The position numbers were made by a program, and so were the translations under genes. A stretch of 15,944 nucleotides of DNA from a bacterium. Lineage in GTDB: Bacteria; UBA10199; 2-02-FULL-44-16; DYJF01. The DNA is taken from the NCBI GenBank assembly GCA_041739675.1, contig JBGSNL010000070.1, positions 1-15,944 on the forward strand, in the 5' to 3' direction. Positions 1 through 7,770 of this stretch are shown here, piece after piece. A model generated the notes under the pieces. The model saw only the letters and a program-made list of their open reading frames with translations. It did no database searches and was not told the origin of the DNA. How positions within the stretch are numbered: the first letter of the stretch is position 1; every line of letters begins with the position of its first letter.

Positions 1-142
1 GAGAGGTCCCCTGCGCGTCATGCTGTGAGTAGTGAAAAACATAGACCAGAATCGGTATGATGAGGATCGCCCCGCCCACACCCAGAAGGCCGCTGACCGT
101 CCCGACGACGAGTCCCGTCAGCGCGTATAAAAAATATTGCAT
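1..142 (-). CDS. TauE/SafE (TSUP) family sulfite exporter-like membrane protein, N-terminal part (runs off left edge)
   Basis: Not in ORF track. Manual translation from ATG at 142: MQYFLYALTGLVVGTVSGLLGVGGAILIIPILVYVFHYSQHDAQGTS. The SGLLGVGG...IIP...AQGTS pattern is typical of the TSUP family. GGGGG SD-like sequence upstream. Confidence 0.85.
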   Translation of the reverse strand, partial: MQYFLYALTGLVVGTVSGLLGVGGAILIIPILVYVFHYSQHDAQGTS

Positions 143-223
143 TTCGCCCCCGTAGAATTAAATGTGATTTGAAATATATATTCAGTTTGAATGTCTGTCC
201 AACTTTAAAAAAGCGGGGGTCTT

Positions 224-1654
224 ATGCTTAACAAAATCTTCAGGCTGACGGAGAATCAGACTACCGTCAAAACGGAGCTGACCGCCGGTATCACGACGTT
301 TATCACGATGTGTTACATCGTCTTCGTGAACCCGGGCATACTCTCCGCCGCCGGCGTTCCATTCGAGGCGGCCACGACCGCAACGGCCCTGGGAGCGGCG
401 CTCATGTGCGTCTGCATGGGGTTCGTCACGAACCGGCCGCTTGCTCTGGCCTCCGGCATGGGGCTCAACGCGGTTTTGGCTTTTTCCGTGATCGGCATTC
501 ATCAGGCAAATGTGCCGTGGCAGGTGGGGATGGCGGTGATCTTCGTCGAGGGAGTGATAATTTTTATTCTGGTCTTAACGGGTCTTCGCGAAGCGGTCAT
601 GAACGCGATACCATTGAATCTCAAACGCGCCATAGGAGTGGGAATCGGTCTGTTCATAACGCTGATCGGCCTCAATGAAGGGGGGATCATCCGCCCGGCG
701 CCCATCACGCTCATGACGCTTGGCGATCTCTCGCAAAAATACGTGTGGGTGACGCTAATAGGTGTAATCGCGATTATCGCCTTCATGTCCCTTCGCGTGA
801 AGGGGGATATTCTCTGGGGCATACTGACGGCCGCAGCGGCGGCGCTCGTTTTGAAGATAACCGATATTCCGGCGACCTTCACGGGTTCTCCGTCATTTGA
901 AACTTTTTTTGCACCGTTCCAGCAGATAGACGGCACCATCGCGCTGGCAAGGATCTTCACGCCGGCTCTTCTGACGGCGGTCTTTGCCATAATGCTCACC
1001 GATTTTTTTGACACAATGGGAACAGTCGTCGCGGTCGGCGAGCAGGCGGGCTTTGTGGATAAAAACGGACGCGTCCCGGGCATAAAAGGCATTCTCGCGG
1101 TCGATTCGCTGGGCGCGGCCACCGGCGGTCTTTTCGGCGCGAGCTCAATCACGACGTATATCGAATCTGCGGCCGGAGTTGCGGAGGGAGGGCGGACAGG
1201 GCTCACCGCGATCGTCGTGGGAATTCTTTTCGCCGTCGCCTCGTTTTTTGCGCCGGTAGTCAAGATGATCGGCGGCGGCCACCGCATCTCAAATTCGGTT
1301 CAATATTGCCTGTTCGGCGAGGCGAACTTTGCCGTCCCGCCGGACGTCATCCCGCCTGCAGGCGCCGGCGATCACACCGTTTATCCCATCACCGCCTGTG
1401 CGCTCATCGTCGTGGGTTTTCTCATGATGAAGATCGTGCGCGAGATAGAGTGGGACAATTTTGAAGAGTCGTTTCCGGCTTTCTTGGCGATGGTTTTGAT
1501 CCCTCTGACCTACAATATAAGTTACGGTATTGGCTTCGGCTTCATCAGCTATACGCTGATAAAAATGTTTCATCGCAAATTTAAAGAGGTACATCCATTG
1601 ATGTATATCGTGAGTATAGCATTTTTGATTGCGTTCATTTTGCCGATGTTATAG
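224..1654 (+). CDS. NCS2 family (AzgA/PbuG-like) guanine/hypoxanthine-type purine permease
   Basis: 476 aa, highly hydrophobic. Motifs TELTAGITTF.TM.YIVFVNP.IL, ASGMGLNA, DFFDTMGT, TTYIESAAGVAEGGRTGLTA and PLTYNISYGIGFGFISY. GGGGG SD upstream. Confidence 0.95.
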   Translation: MLNKIFRLTENQTTVKTELTAGITTFITMCYIVFVNPGILSAAGVPFEAATTATALGAALMCVCMGFVTNRPLALASGMGLNAVLAFSVIGIHQANVPWQVGMAVIFVEGVIIFILVLTGLREAVMNAIPLNLKRAIGVGIGLFITLIGLNEGGIIRPAPITLMTLGDLSQKYVWVTLIGVIAIIAFMSLRVKGDILWGILTAAAAALVLKITDIPATFTGSPSFETFFAPFQQIDGTIALARIFTPALLTAVFAIMLTDFFDTMGTVVAVGEQAGFVDKNGRVPGIKGILAVDSLGAATGGLFGASSITTYIESAAGVAEGGRTGLTAIVVGILFAVASFFAPVVKMIGGGHRISNSVQYCLFGEANFAVPPDVIPPAGAGDHTVYPITACALIVVGFLMMKIVREIEWDNFEESFPAFLAMVLIPLTYNISYGIGFGFISYTLIKMFHRKFKEVHPLMYIVSIAFLIAFILPML

Positions 1655-1666
1655 GCCTGACGCTAC

Positions 1667-1737
1667 GCGGGCGTAATTCAATGGTAGAATGGAAGCTTCC
1701 CAAGCTTCATACGTGGGTCCGATTCCCATCGCCCGCT
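1667..1737 (+). tRNA. tRNA-Gly, anticodon CCC (CCA not encoded)
   Basis: Cloverleaf: acceptor GCGGGCG/CGCCCGC, D arm ATTC/GAAT, anticodon arm GAAGC-TTCCCAA-GCTTC (CCC at 1699-1701), T arm GTGGG-TCCGATT-CCCAT, discriminator T1737, followed by CAA. Confidence 0.93.
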
Positions 1738-1904
1738 CAAACAAAAATAGCTGCCTTATGGCGGCTATTTTTGTTTTGTATGGGCGGTGTCGCTCGGATC
1801 CACCTGTCCTGACCGAGGCGGGGCACCCGCCAAAAACATTTGGCGGGTCGCCGAGGAAATACCCGGAGCCGAGAGGCGTAGGGTGGATTCCCATCGCCCG
1901 CTCA
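1721..1904 (+). repeat. 19-bp direct repeat of the tRNA-Gly 3' end (GATTCCCATCGCCCGCTCA at 1721-1739 and 1886-1904) flanking a 146-bp structured spacer
   Basis: Exact 19-nt match seen in the sequence. The spacer contains a perfect hairpin ACCCGCCAAA-AACA-TTTGGCGGGT (1825-1848). Confidence 0.85.
1739..1777. terminator. Intrinsic (probably bidirectional) terminator downstream of tRNA-Gly
   Basis: AAACAAAAATAGCTGCC-TTAT-GGCGGCTATTTTTGTTT: 17-bp stem with one G-U pair; A-tract and T-tract form the base of the stem. Confidence 0.8.
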
Positions 1905-1915
1905 GAAAGAGAATG

Positions 1916-1942
1916 GCCGCTGAAAAGCGGCTTTTTTATTTT
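1916..1942 (+). terminator. Intrinsic terminator after the duplicated tRNA 3' end, abutting the moeB-like stop codon
   Basis: GCCGCT-GAAA-AGCGGC followed by TTTTTTATTTT. Confidence 0.75.
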
Positions 1943-2799
1943 GCGTGGCCGGCAAGCTGAAACTGTCTTATTTTCGCCTCGTTGAGATCGACTAAAGCCA
2001 GGATGTTCCGGAAGGGTTCGCCGAGATTGAGCAGAACCTTGACGATCTCGTGTGCCTGCAGGGAGGCCATATAGAGAACCATTGATGGCGGCGTGCCGAG
2101 CTGGGCTTCCGTTCCCGACTTTGGCAATTTTTCGGGCGGGCCGTAAATCGATATCAATCCCTCGTCTTCGGGGAAAATCGTAGTGAGCTGACCTTTGAAT
2201 CCGGAAAGGGCCGCGTGGACCATGGGGATATTGAGCTTCTTCGCGGCGCCTTCGACAATGAATCTGTCGGGGAGACCTCCTAAACAATCCGCAACCACAT
2301 CGGCGCCCTCAATGATTTTTGCGGCATTGGCCTTCGTCAATTTTTGGGAATATGTCTTCACCGTCGTGGCCGGATTGATGAGGCGTCCGCGCCTGACAGC
2401 CGAAGCGACTTTCTTCTTCTTCAGATCTTTCATCGAACTCAAGAGCTGGCGGTTCAGGTTGCTCTCCTCAAACTTGTCAAAATCGGCGATCGTTATCTGC
2501 CCCACACCGTAGCGCAGAAGAATTTCAAAGACCGTGCCGCCCAAGCCTCCCGCCCCGATGATCGCGACATGCGAAGACAAGAGATCGCTCTGGCCCTCAA
2601 CTCCAACGGTCCCAATGTTTCGCTGATAGCGTTCCGGGATCACTTCAAATTCAAGCGCCTCTATCTCGACCTCCCGAAGGGGTTTTTTGTATCTCCCGGC
2701 TATTTTTACGGCGGCGGAAATGGAAAGACTCTTGTAAGATTTTCCGTCAGGTGCCTTTTTCGTCTTCGCCGATTTGAAAATTGCGTCCTCTATCTTCAT
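1936..2799 (-). CDS. moeB: HesA/MoeB/ThiF family adenylyltransferase (sulfur-carrier activating enzyme)
   Basis: ERYQRN, IIGAGGLG nucleotide-binding loop, DFDKFEESNLNRQ. Start set to ATG 2799 (MKIEDAIF), which overlaps the MOSC stop as ATGA. The ORF-track start at 2880 lies inside the MOSC gene. The moeB symbol is inferred from Moco context. Confidence 0.85.
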   Translation of the reverse strand: MKIEDAIFKSAKTKKAPDGKSYKSLSISAAVKIAGRYKKPLREVEIEALEFEVIPERYQRNIGTVGVEGQSDLLSSHVAIIGAGGLGGTVFEILLRYGVGQITIADFDKFEESNLNRQLLSSMKDLKKKKVASAVRRGRLINPATTVKTYSQKLTKANAAKIIEGADVVADCLGGLPDRFIVEGAAKKLNIPMVHAALSGFKGQLTTIFPEDEGLISIYGPPEKLPKSGTEAQLGTPPSMVLYMASLQAHEIVKVLLNLGEPFRNILALVDLNEAKIRQFQLAGHAK

Positions 2800-3212
2800 A
2801 TGACTGAAATCTCGTCTCCCGCCGCTATGCGCCCGCCCGTGATAACGCGCGCAAAGACGCCCTGTTTCGGCATTATGCAATCGCCCACTTCATTATATAT
2901 GGTGCAACGCGTGTGGCACTTCTTGCCGATCTGGCTGATTTCAAGGACTGCCGCGGCGCCGATTCTCATGCGCGTTCCAACGGGAAGGTTTTTCAGATCT
3001 ATCCCCTCAGCGGAAATGTTTTCCGCAAAGTCTCCGGCATTCAAATTCGTTTTTCTGATGTCGTCAATGTTTAGTAGGCTCACCTGCCGGACCGGGCTTC
3101 CGGCATGGGCGTCGCCCTTGATGCCGCAATTTTCGATCAACGAGGCCTCGCTCACCGACGTCTTCTTCACTCCCTTTGCGGCGCTTACATTTATGGAGAC
3201 TACCTTTGCCAT
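2796..3212 (-). CDS. MOSC domain-containing protein (Moco sulfurase C-terminal domain)
   Basis: 138 aa. GIKGDAHAG, RQVSLL, GDFAENI, LEISQIGKKCH..C.I...VGDCIMP..GVFARV are characteristic of stand-alone MOSC proteins in moa operons. Confidence 0.92.
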   Translation of the reverse strand: MAKVVSINVSAAKGVKKTSVSEASLIENCGIKGDAHAGSPVRQVSLLNIDDIRKTNLNAGDFAENISAEGIDLKNLPVGTRMRIGAAAVLEISQIGKKCHTRCTIYNEVGDCIMPKQGVFARVITGGRIAAGDEISVI

Positions 3213-4142
3213 TCAGCCCCCGACCTCGACCATATTGAGTTTCTTCCTCGGCGGCACGCCCGAGCATTTCTTGGAACGGCAGGCTTCTGCAAAAACTTTT
3301 TCGATGTTGCCGCCACTTCTGAGCGGCGTCCTCAGATCGAAGTGCTTCATGGAATAAAGGCAGGGAAGGAGCCTGCCGTCCGCTGTCAGCCTCAGACGGT
3401 TGCATGAAGGGCATGGCGGGGTGGTCACAGACGAAATTACGCCGAAAGGTGTTTTGAGATTTTCCGCCGTGAAATATTGTGCGGGGCCCAAACCGAACGT
3501 CTTTGATAGCTTTTTGATCCTTCCGAAGTTGTTCTCCACGACTCCCAGTATCTCAGGTTTCGGGAAGAGAAAATCCATGGAGCAATCCAGATGTGGCATG
3601 AACTCGATGAACCTGACAAGAATGTTTTCATTTTCGGCGACTCTTAAAAAATCGCAGATCTCGTCATCATTTATATGGCGCATCACGACACAATTTATTT
3701 TGACAAGATCGAAAGCGTTTTTCGCTTTGCTTATGCCATGAAGAACGGAGGGCAAAAGATCGGAGCCGCTTATCTCATGATATCTGCCGCGCTTAAGCGT
3801 ATCGAGACTTATGTTCACGGAATCGACGCCGGCCTTTTTGAGATCCCGAACCGCGTGGGCTAGCAGCGTACCGTTCGTGGTTATGTGGATGTCTTTTAAA
3901 GAACGGTTTTTTGATATTCTGCCGATGATATCGATCAGATCTTCCCTGAGAAGAGGTTCGCCGCCGGTTATTCTCACGGTGTTTACACCGAAGCGTGTAG
4001 CAGTTTTCAGAATTGTAAAAAGTTCATCGGGGGTAAGCGAATCGGAAGATGTGTGGGTCGAATATCCCTTGGGCATGCAATAGCGGCAGTGCATATTGCA
4101 CCGGTCGGTGACGGAAATTCGGAGATAGCGGACCGTATTCGT
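3213..4142 (-). CDS. moaA: GTP 3',8-cyclase MoaA (radical SAM); start codon non-canonical or uncertain
   Basis: The frame extends upstream of ATG 4094 as (T)NTVRYLRISVTDRCNMHCRYC, giving the CxxxCxxC motif. Also ITGGEPLLR, TTNG, NISLDTL, RFIEFMP, second cluster CPSCNRLRLTADG.LLPCL and C-terminal GG. The 5' end is set at ACG 4142. Confidence 0.93.
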   Translation of the reverse strand, partial: TNTVRYLRISVTDRCNMHCRYCMPKGYSTHTSSDSLTPDELFTILKTATRFGVNTVRITGGEPLLREDLIDIIGRISKNRSLKDIHITTNGTLLAHAVRDLKKAGVDSVNISLDTLKRGRYHEISGSDLLPSVLHGISKAKNAFDLVKINCVVMRHINDDEICDFLRVAENENILVRFIEFMPHLDCSMDFLFPKPEILGVVENNFGRIKKLSKTFGLGPAQYFTAENLKTPFGVISSVTTPPCPSCNRLRLTADGRLLPCLYSMKHFDLRTPLRSGGNIEKVFAEACRSKKCSGVPPRKKLNMVEVGG

Positions 4143-4143
4143 A

Positions 4144-5043
4144 TCAGTGTCCTTTCCCCTTCATCATCTCGAATGCGTGCAGGATGCCGGGCGTGATAGC
4201 GGTAAGCGATTCTCTGACGCCTTTGGGCGATCCCGGGAGATTCACGATCAGCGTTTTTCCCCTGATGCCGGCGATCCCCCGTGAGAGCATGGAAAATGGC
4301 GTTCTTTCCTGTCCGTAATTTCTGATCGCCTCGGAGATTCCGGAGATTTCTTTTTCAATCACCTTTCTCGTCGCTTCAACGGTGACGTCGCGGGGGCCAA
4401 GCCCCGTGCCGCCTGTCGTAATGATGAGATCGCAGCGCTTTGAGTAGCGCTTCAGAGCGTCTTTGATGTCTTTTTGATTATCCGGCGTGACGGCTGCCTT
4501 GCCTGTTTTGAATCCAAGAGCTTTGAGCCAGTTGCGGATTATGGAGCCCGTCGTATCTTCGTTTTTCTTTGCCGCACGCGAGTCGCTTGTAACGATGACC
4601 GCAGCCCTGAGATTTTTTGCGACACTCGTGAAATCACTCTTACCGCCGCGTTTTTCCATCAATTTGATGTTGGAAATTGTAATATTTTTGGTGACCGGCT
4701 TGAGCATGTCATAGATCGTGAGCGCGGCGACAGATGCGGCGGTGAGTGCTTCCATCTCCACGCCCGTTTTCGATACCGCAGTCGCACTCGCCTGAATCTC
4801 TATCGCATTTTTTGAAAATCTGATGTCCACGCCGATATGATCCAGAGGAATCGGATGGCAAAACGGAATGAGCTCATATGTTTTCTTCGCCGCCAGCACG
4901 CCCGCCGCACGGGCGATTTCAACCGCGTTGCCTTTGGGTGTCTTTCCGCTTTTGCAAAGCGCGATTGTTTTCGGAGACGCGCTCACTTTTGCAGCGGCCT
5001 TCGCCGTCCTTAAAGTCGTATATTTGTCGGCTGTTGAAATCAT
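4144..5043 (-). CDS. moaCB: Bifunctional MoaC / MogA-MoaB fusion (cPMP synthase plus molybdopterin adenylyltransferase)
   Basis: MoaC motifs AAKKT.ELIPFCHP, TGVEMEALT, TIYDMLK, K.GGKS, followed by MogA/MoaB motifs VTSDS, TTGGTGLGPRDVT, SRG.AG, NLPGSPK. ATG 5043 is preceded by a GAGGTG SD; the ORF-track start at 5160 overlaps the divergent xdh gene. Confidence 0.92.
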   Translation of the reverse strand: MISTADKYTTLRTAKAAAKVSASPKTIALCKSGKTPKGNAVEIARAAGVLAAKKTYELIPFCHPIPLDHIGVDIRFSKNAIEIQASATAVSKTGVEMEALTAASVAALTIYDMLKPVTKNITISNIKLMEKRGGKSDFTSVAKNLRAAVIVTSDSRAAKKNEDTTGSIIRNWLKALGFKTGKAAVTPDNQKDIKDALKRYSKRCDLIITTGGTGLGPRDVTVEATRKVIEKEISGISEAIRNYGQERTPFSMLSRGIAGIRGKTLIVNLPGSPKGVRESLTAITPGILHAFEMMKGKGH

Positions 5044-5134
5044 ATTGCACCTCGCTTTGCGCTCTATGCTTTTAGCTAATTTATTTGCAATAGCAAGGCT
5101 AAAAAGGTAGTAAAAACGCCCTAAGGAGGCGGTA

Positions 5135-7309
5135 ATGGGGGTCGTTGGGCAAAATGTCATTCGCCTCGACGGTCAAGACAAGGTCACAGGCCGGGCGCAA
5201 TATGTCGATGACATAACCATGCCCGACATGTGGCAAGGTGTCGCCGTCCGCTCGACAATTCCCTCCGGCAAAGTCCTCTCCATAAATTTCAATCCGTCAT
5301 TCAACTGGAAAAAAGTAGTCATCGCGGATCGCCACGATATTCCGGGTCGCAACGTCGTCACGATGATAGAGGAAGATCTGCCGCTTCTTGTCCATGACGA
5401 GATCAGGCACATCGGCGAGGCGATAATTCTCATAGCGGCGCCGACAAAACAAATTGCGGAAGAGGCCAGGCGTCATGTCGAAATAAAATACGAAGAATGG
5501 GAACCTGTCCTGACGATCGAGGATTCGAAGGCTAAAAAGCGGATCATCCACGGAAAAGACAACGTCATCTCTCATTATAAAATAAGCAAAGGAGACATCG
5601 CGAAGGGTTTTGGCGAGGCAGATCTCATCGTCGAAGGAACCTACCGCACCGGCGCGCAGGAACATAGCTACATAGAACCGCAGGGTATGATTGCCGTGCC
5701 GCGCGAAGATGGCGGAGTGGATTTTGTCGGTTCGCTCCAATGTCCGTTCTATATTCTCAAGGCGCTTGAACGGCTCCTCGGCATATCCGCATCCAAATTA
5801 TCCGTAAAACAGGCGACCATCGGCGGCGCCTTCGGCGGCAAAGAGGATTATCCCTCCGTGCTGGCGGGCTATGCATCCGTTCTTGCGCTCAAAGCAAAGC
5901 GGCCTGTCAAAATGGTTTATGCGCGCGAAGAGGACATGATTGTCACTACGAAGCGCCATCCTTCGGTTGTGCGTCACAAGACCGGCGTGAAGAAAAATGG
6001 AACGCTCGTGGCGCAGGAGATTGAAATCGAATTCGACGGCGGCGCATACACGACACTCACCCCCGTTGTTCTGTCGCGCGGTTTTCTCCACAGCTTCGGC
6101 CCGTACTTTTGCCCGCACGTGAAAATTGAAGGGACCGCGTATGCGACCAACACGCCGCCCAACGGTGCGTTCCGCGGCTTCGGCGCGCCGCAGACCCTCT
6201 TCGCGGTCGAAGCGCAGATGGACAAAATCGCCGAGGCATTAAATATGTCGCCTTATGAAATCCGCAAAAGAAACTGTCTCAAGATCGGCGACGAGATGCC
6301 CACGGGCCAGATCTTGAAAGAATCGGCGGGCGGGATGGAGTGTCTTGAGAGAGCCGCCGAGATGTCGGATTTCGAGAACAAGTGGAAAGAGAAGAAGGGT
6401 GTCGGAATGTCATTCTTCCTTCACGGCGGCGGTTTCACGGGATCGGGTGAGGTGAAGCTGAAGAGCAAGGCGGGCATCCGCCTTGAAAAAGACGCCACAC
6501 TTACGGTGCTCACCGGCTGCACCGATATGGGGCAGGGCGCCCACACTGTGCTGCCGCAGATCGTCGCGGACGCGGTGGGGGTTCCTCTCAAGATGGTGGG
6601 AATCGAAACGCCCGACACTTCAAAAGTTCCCGACAGCGGCCCCACTGTCGCGTCGCGCACGACGATGGTCATCGGAAAAGTTCTTTGCGTCTGCGCCGAG
6701 GAATTGAAAAAGCGCCTGTCTGAAGTCGCGGGAGGAAATCACCGCGATTTTGAATCCCTCGCGAAGGCTTTTTTAAAAAAGAGGGGCCCTCTGACGATCA
6801 TCGAAGCGTACGAGCCAGCGCCGGGCATTCACTGGGACGATTCGACCTATCATGGAGATGCGTACGCGGCGTATTCATGGGGATGTGACGTTGCAGAGGT
6901 CGAAGTCGACATGGACACGTTCGAGGTCAAAGTTGAGCGCGTGTATATGGTGCAGGACGTGGGGCGCGCGGTGAATCCGCAAATGTGCGTGGGTCAGATC
7001 GAGGGAGGGACGTTGCAGGCGGTGGGGTGGGCCCTGACGGAGGAGCAGCGGTACGACAGGGGCAGACTTCTGAACAATCGCATGCAGACGTACATAATTC
7101 CGACAACGCTCGACACGCCGGAATTCGAAACTGTGATAATCGAACATCCGTTTTCACACGGGCCGATGGGCGCCAAGGGATTGGGCGAGCTCCCGCTGGA
7201 CGGCGGCGCGCCCGCGATAGTCAACGCAATTGCGAACGCAACCGGTTTGAGAATCGCGGAAATTCCCGTGACGCCGGAGAAATTGTACGAGGCATGGAAA
7301 AAAATATAG
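5135..7309 (+). CDS. Xanthine dehydrogenase family molybdopterin-binding (large) subunit
   Basis: 724 aa. KVTGRAQYVDD, QEHSYIEP, GGAFGGKE, AFRGFGAPQ, DMGQG, GPTVASR, GQIEGG, GAKGLGE, IPVTPE. Strong SD TAAGGAGG. Confidence 0.96.
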   Translation: MGVVGQNVIRLDGQDKVTGRAQYVDDITMPDMWQGVAVRSTIPSGKVLSINFNPSFNWKKVVIADRHDIPGRNVVTMIEEDLPLLVHDEIRHIGEAIILIAAPTKQIAEEARRHVEIKYEEWEPVLTIEDSKAKKRIIHGKDNVISHYKISKGDIAKGFGEADLIVEGTYRTGAQEHSYIEPQGMIAVPREDGGVDFVGSLQCPFYILKALERLLGISASKLSVKQATIGGAFGGKEDYPSVLAGYASVLALKAKRPVKMVYAREEDMIVTTKRHPSVVRHKTGVKKNGTLVAQEIEIEFDGGAYTTLTPVVLSRGFLHSFGPYFCPHVKIEGTAYATNTPPNGAFRGFGAPQTLFAVEAQMDKIAEALNMSPYEIRKRNCLKIGDEMPTGQILKESAGGMECLERAAEMSDFENKWKEKKGVGMSFFLHGGGFTGSGEVKLKSKAGIRLEKDATLTVLTGCTDMGQGAHTVLPQIVADAVGVPLKMVGIETPDTSKVPDSGPTVASRTTMVIGKVLCVCAEELKKRLSEVAGGNHRDFESLAKAFLKKRGPLTIIEAYEPAPGIHWDDSTYHGDAYAAYSWGCDVAEVEVDMDTFEVKVERVYMVQDVGRAVNPQMCVGQIEGGTLQAVGWALTEEQRYDRGRLLNNRMQTYIIPTTLDTPEFETVIIEHPFSHGPMGAKGLGELPLDGGAPAIVNAIANATGLRIAEIPVTPEKLYEAWKKI

Positions 7310-7770
7310 CACTCATAATCAACGGCAAGAAACGTAAAGTGAAGGCGCATCCTGCGGAGCGCCTGCTTGACGTCTTGCGCGAAAATCTCAAGCTCACCGG
7401 CACGAAGGAAGGCTGCGGCGAAGGCGAGTGCGGCGCGTGCTCCATCGTCTTGAACGGCGAGGTTGTCAATTCCTGTATCATCATATTCGGTCAGCTGGAT
7501 AACGGCGACGAGATTACGACGATTGAAGGCATCGCCGGCAAAAAGAAGCTCCATCCGTTGCAACAACATTTTCTGGAGTGCGGTGCCTCTCAGTGCGGCA
7601 TCTGCACGCCGGGAATGATCATGGCCGCGTACGCGCTGCTCAAGAAAAATCCGAAACCCACACGTGAAGAGATAAAAGAGGCGGTCGCCGGAAATCTGTG
7701 TAGATGCACGGGCTACACGAAAATAATCGAAGCGATAGAAAAATGCGTTATTTCAAATGTGAAAATCTGA
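7294..7770 (+). CDS. Xanthine dehydrogenase family [2Fe-2S] small subunit (CoxS/CutS type)
   Basis: MEKNIALIING... GTKEGCGEGECGAC..NSC, QCGICTPG, GNLCRCTGY. ATG 7294 with GAGG SD overlaps the end of the large subunit. Confidence 0.95.
   Translation: MEKNIALIINGKKRKVKAHPAERLLDVLRENLKLTGTKEGCGEGECGACSIVLNGEVVNSCIIIFGQLDNGDEITTIEGIAGKKKLHPLQQHFLECGASQCGICTPGMIMAAYALLKKNPKPTREEIKEAVAGNLCRCTGYTKIIEAIEKCVISNVKI

Noticed and set aside
143..223. Purine riboswitch upstream of the NCS2 permease
   Set aside because: The gap is only 81 bp, shared with a divergent gene, and shows no three-way-junction aptamer motifs.
1649..2287. ORFs 1649-2287(-) and 1689-1985(+)
   Set aside because: They overlap the tRNA, terminators and moeB-like gene; shadow ORFs with no protein motifs.
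2344..3357. 337-aa plus-strand ORF, and other long antisense ORFs (502-1287, 10248-10913, 14589-15269)
   Set aside because: They lie antisense to well-supported genes and have no recognisable motifs.
4144..4146. Selenocysteine or stop read-through at the moaC-mogA TGA to fuse with moaA
   Set aside because: moaA is in the +1 frame, so read-through would not join them; no SECIS-like hairpin is evident.
5044..5134. Moco riboswitch upstream of moaC-mogA
   Set aside because: The region is too short and AT-rich, with no multi-stem structure.
6985..7293. N-terminal extension of the 2Fe-2S subunit ORF
   Set aside because: It overlaps the large subunit in another frame and is Arg/Gly-rich shadow sequence; the family N-terminus begins at 7294.
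5135..7309. Aerobic CO dehydrogenase large subunit (coxL)
   Set aside because: It lacks the AYxCSFR/AYRGAGR active-site loop and has AFRGFG; the context is purine catabolism.
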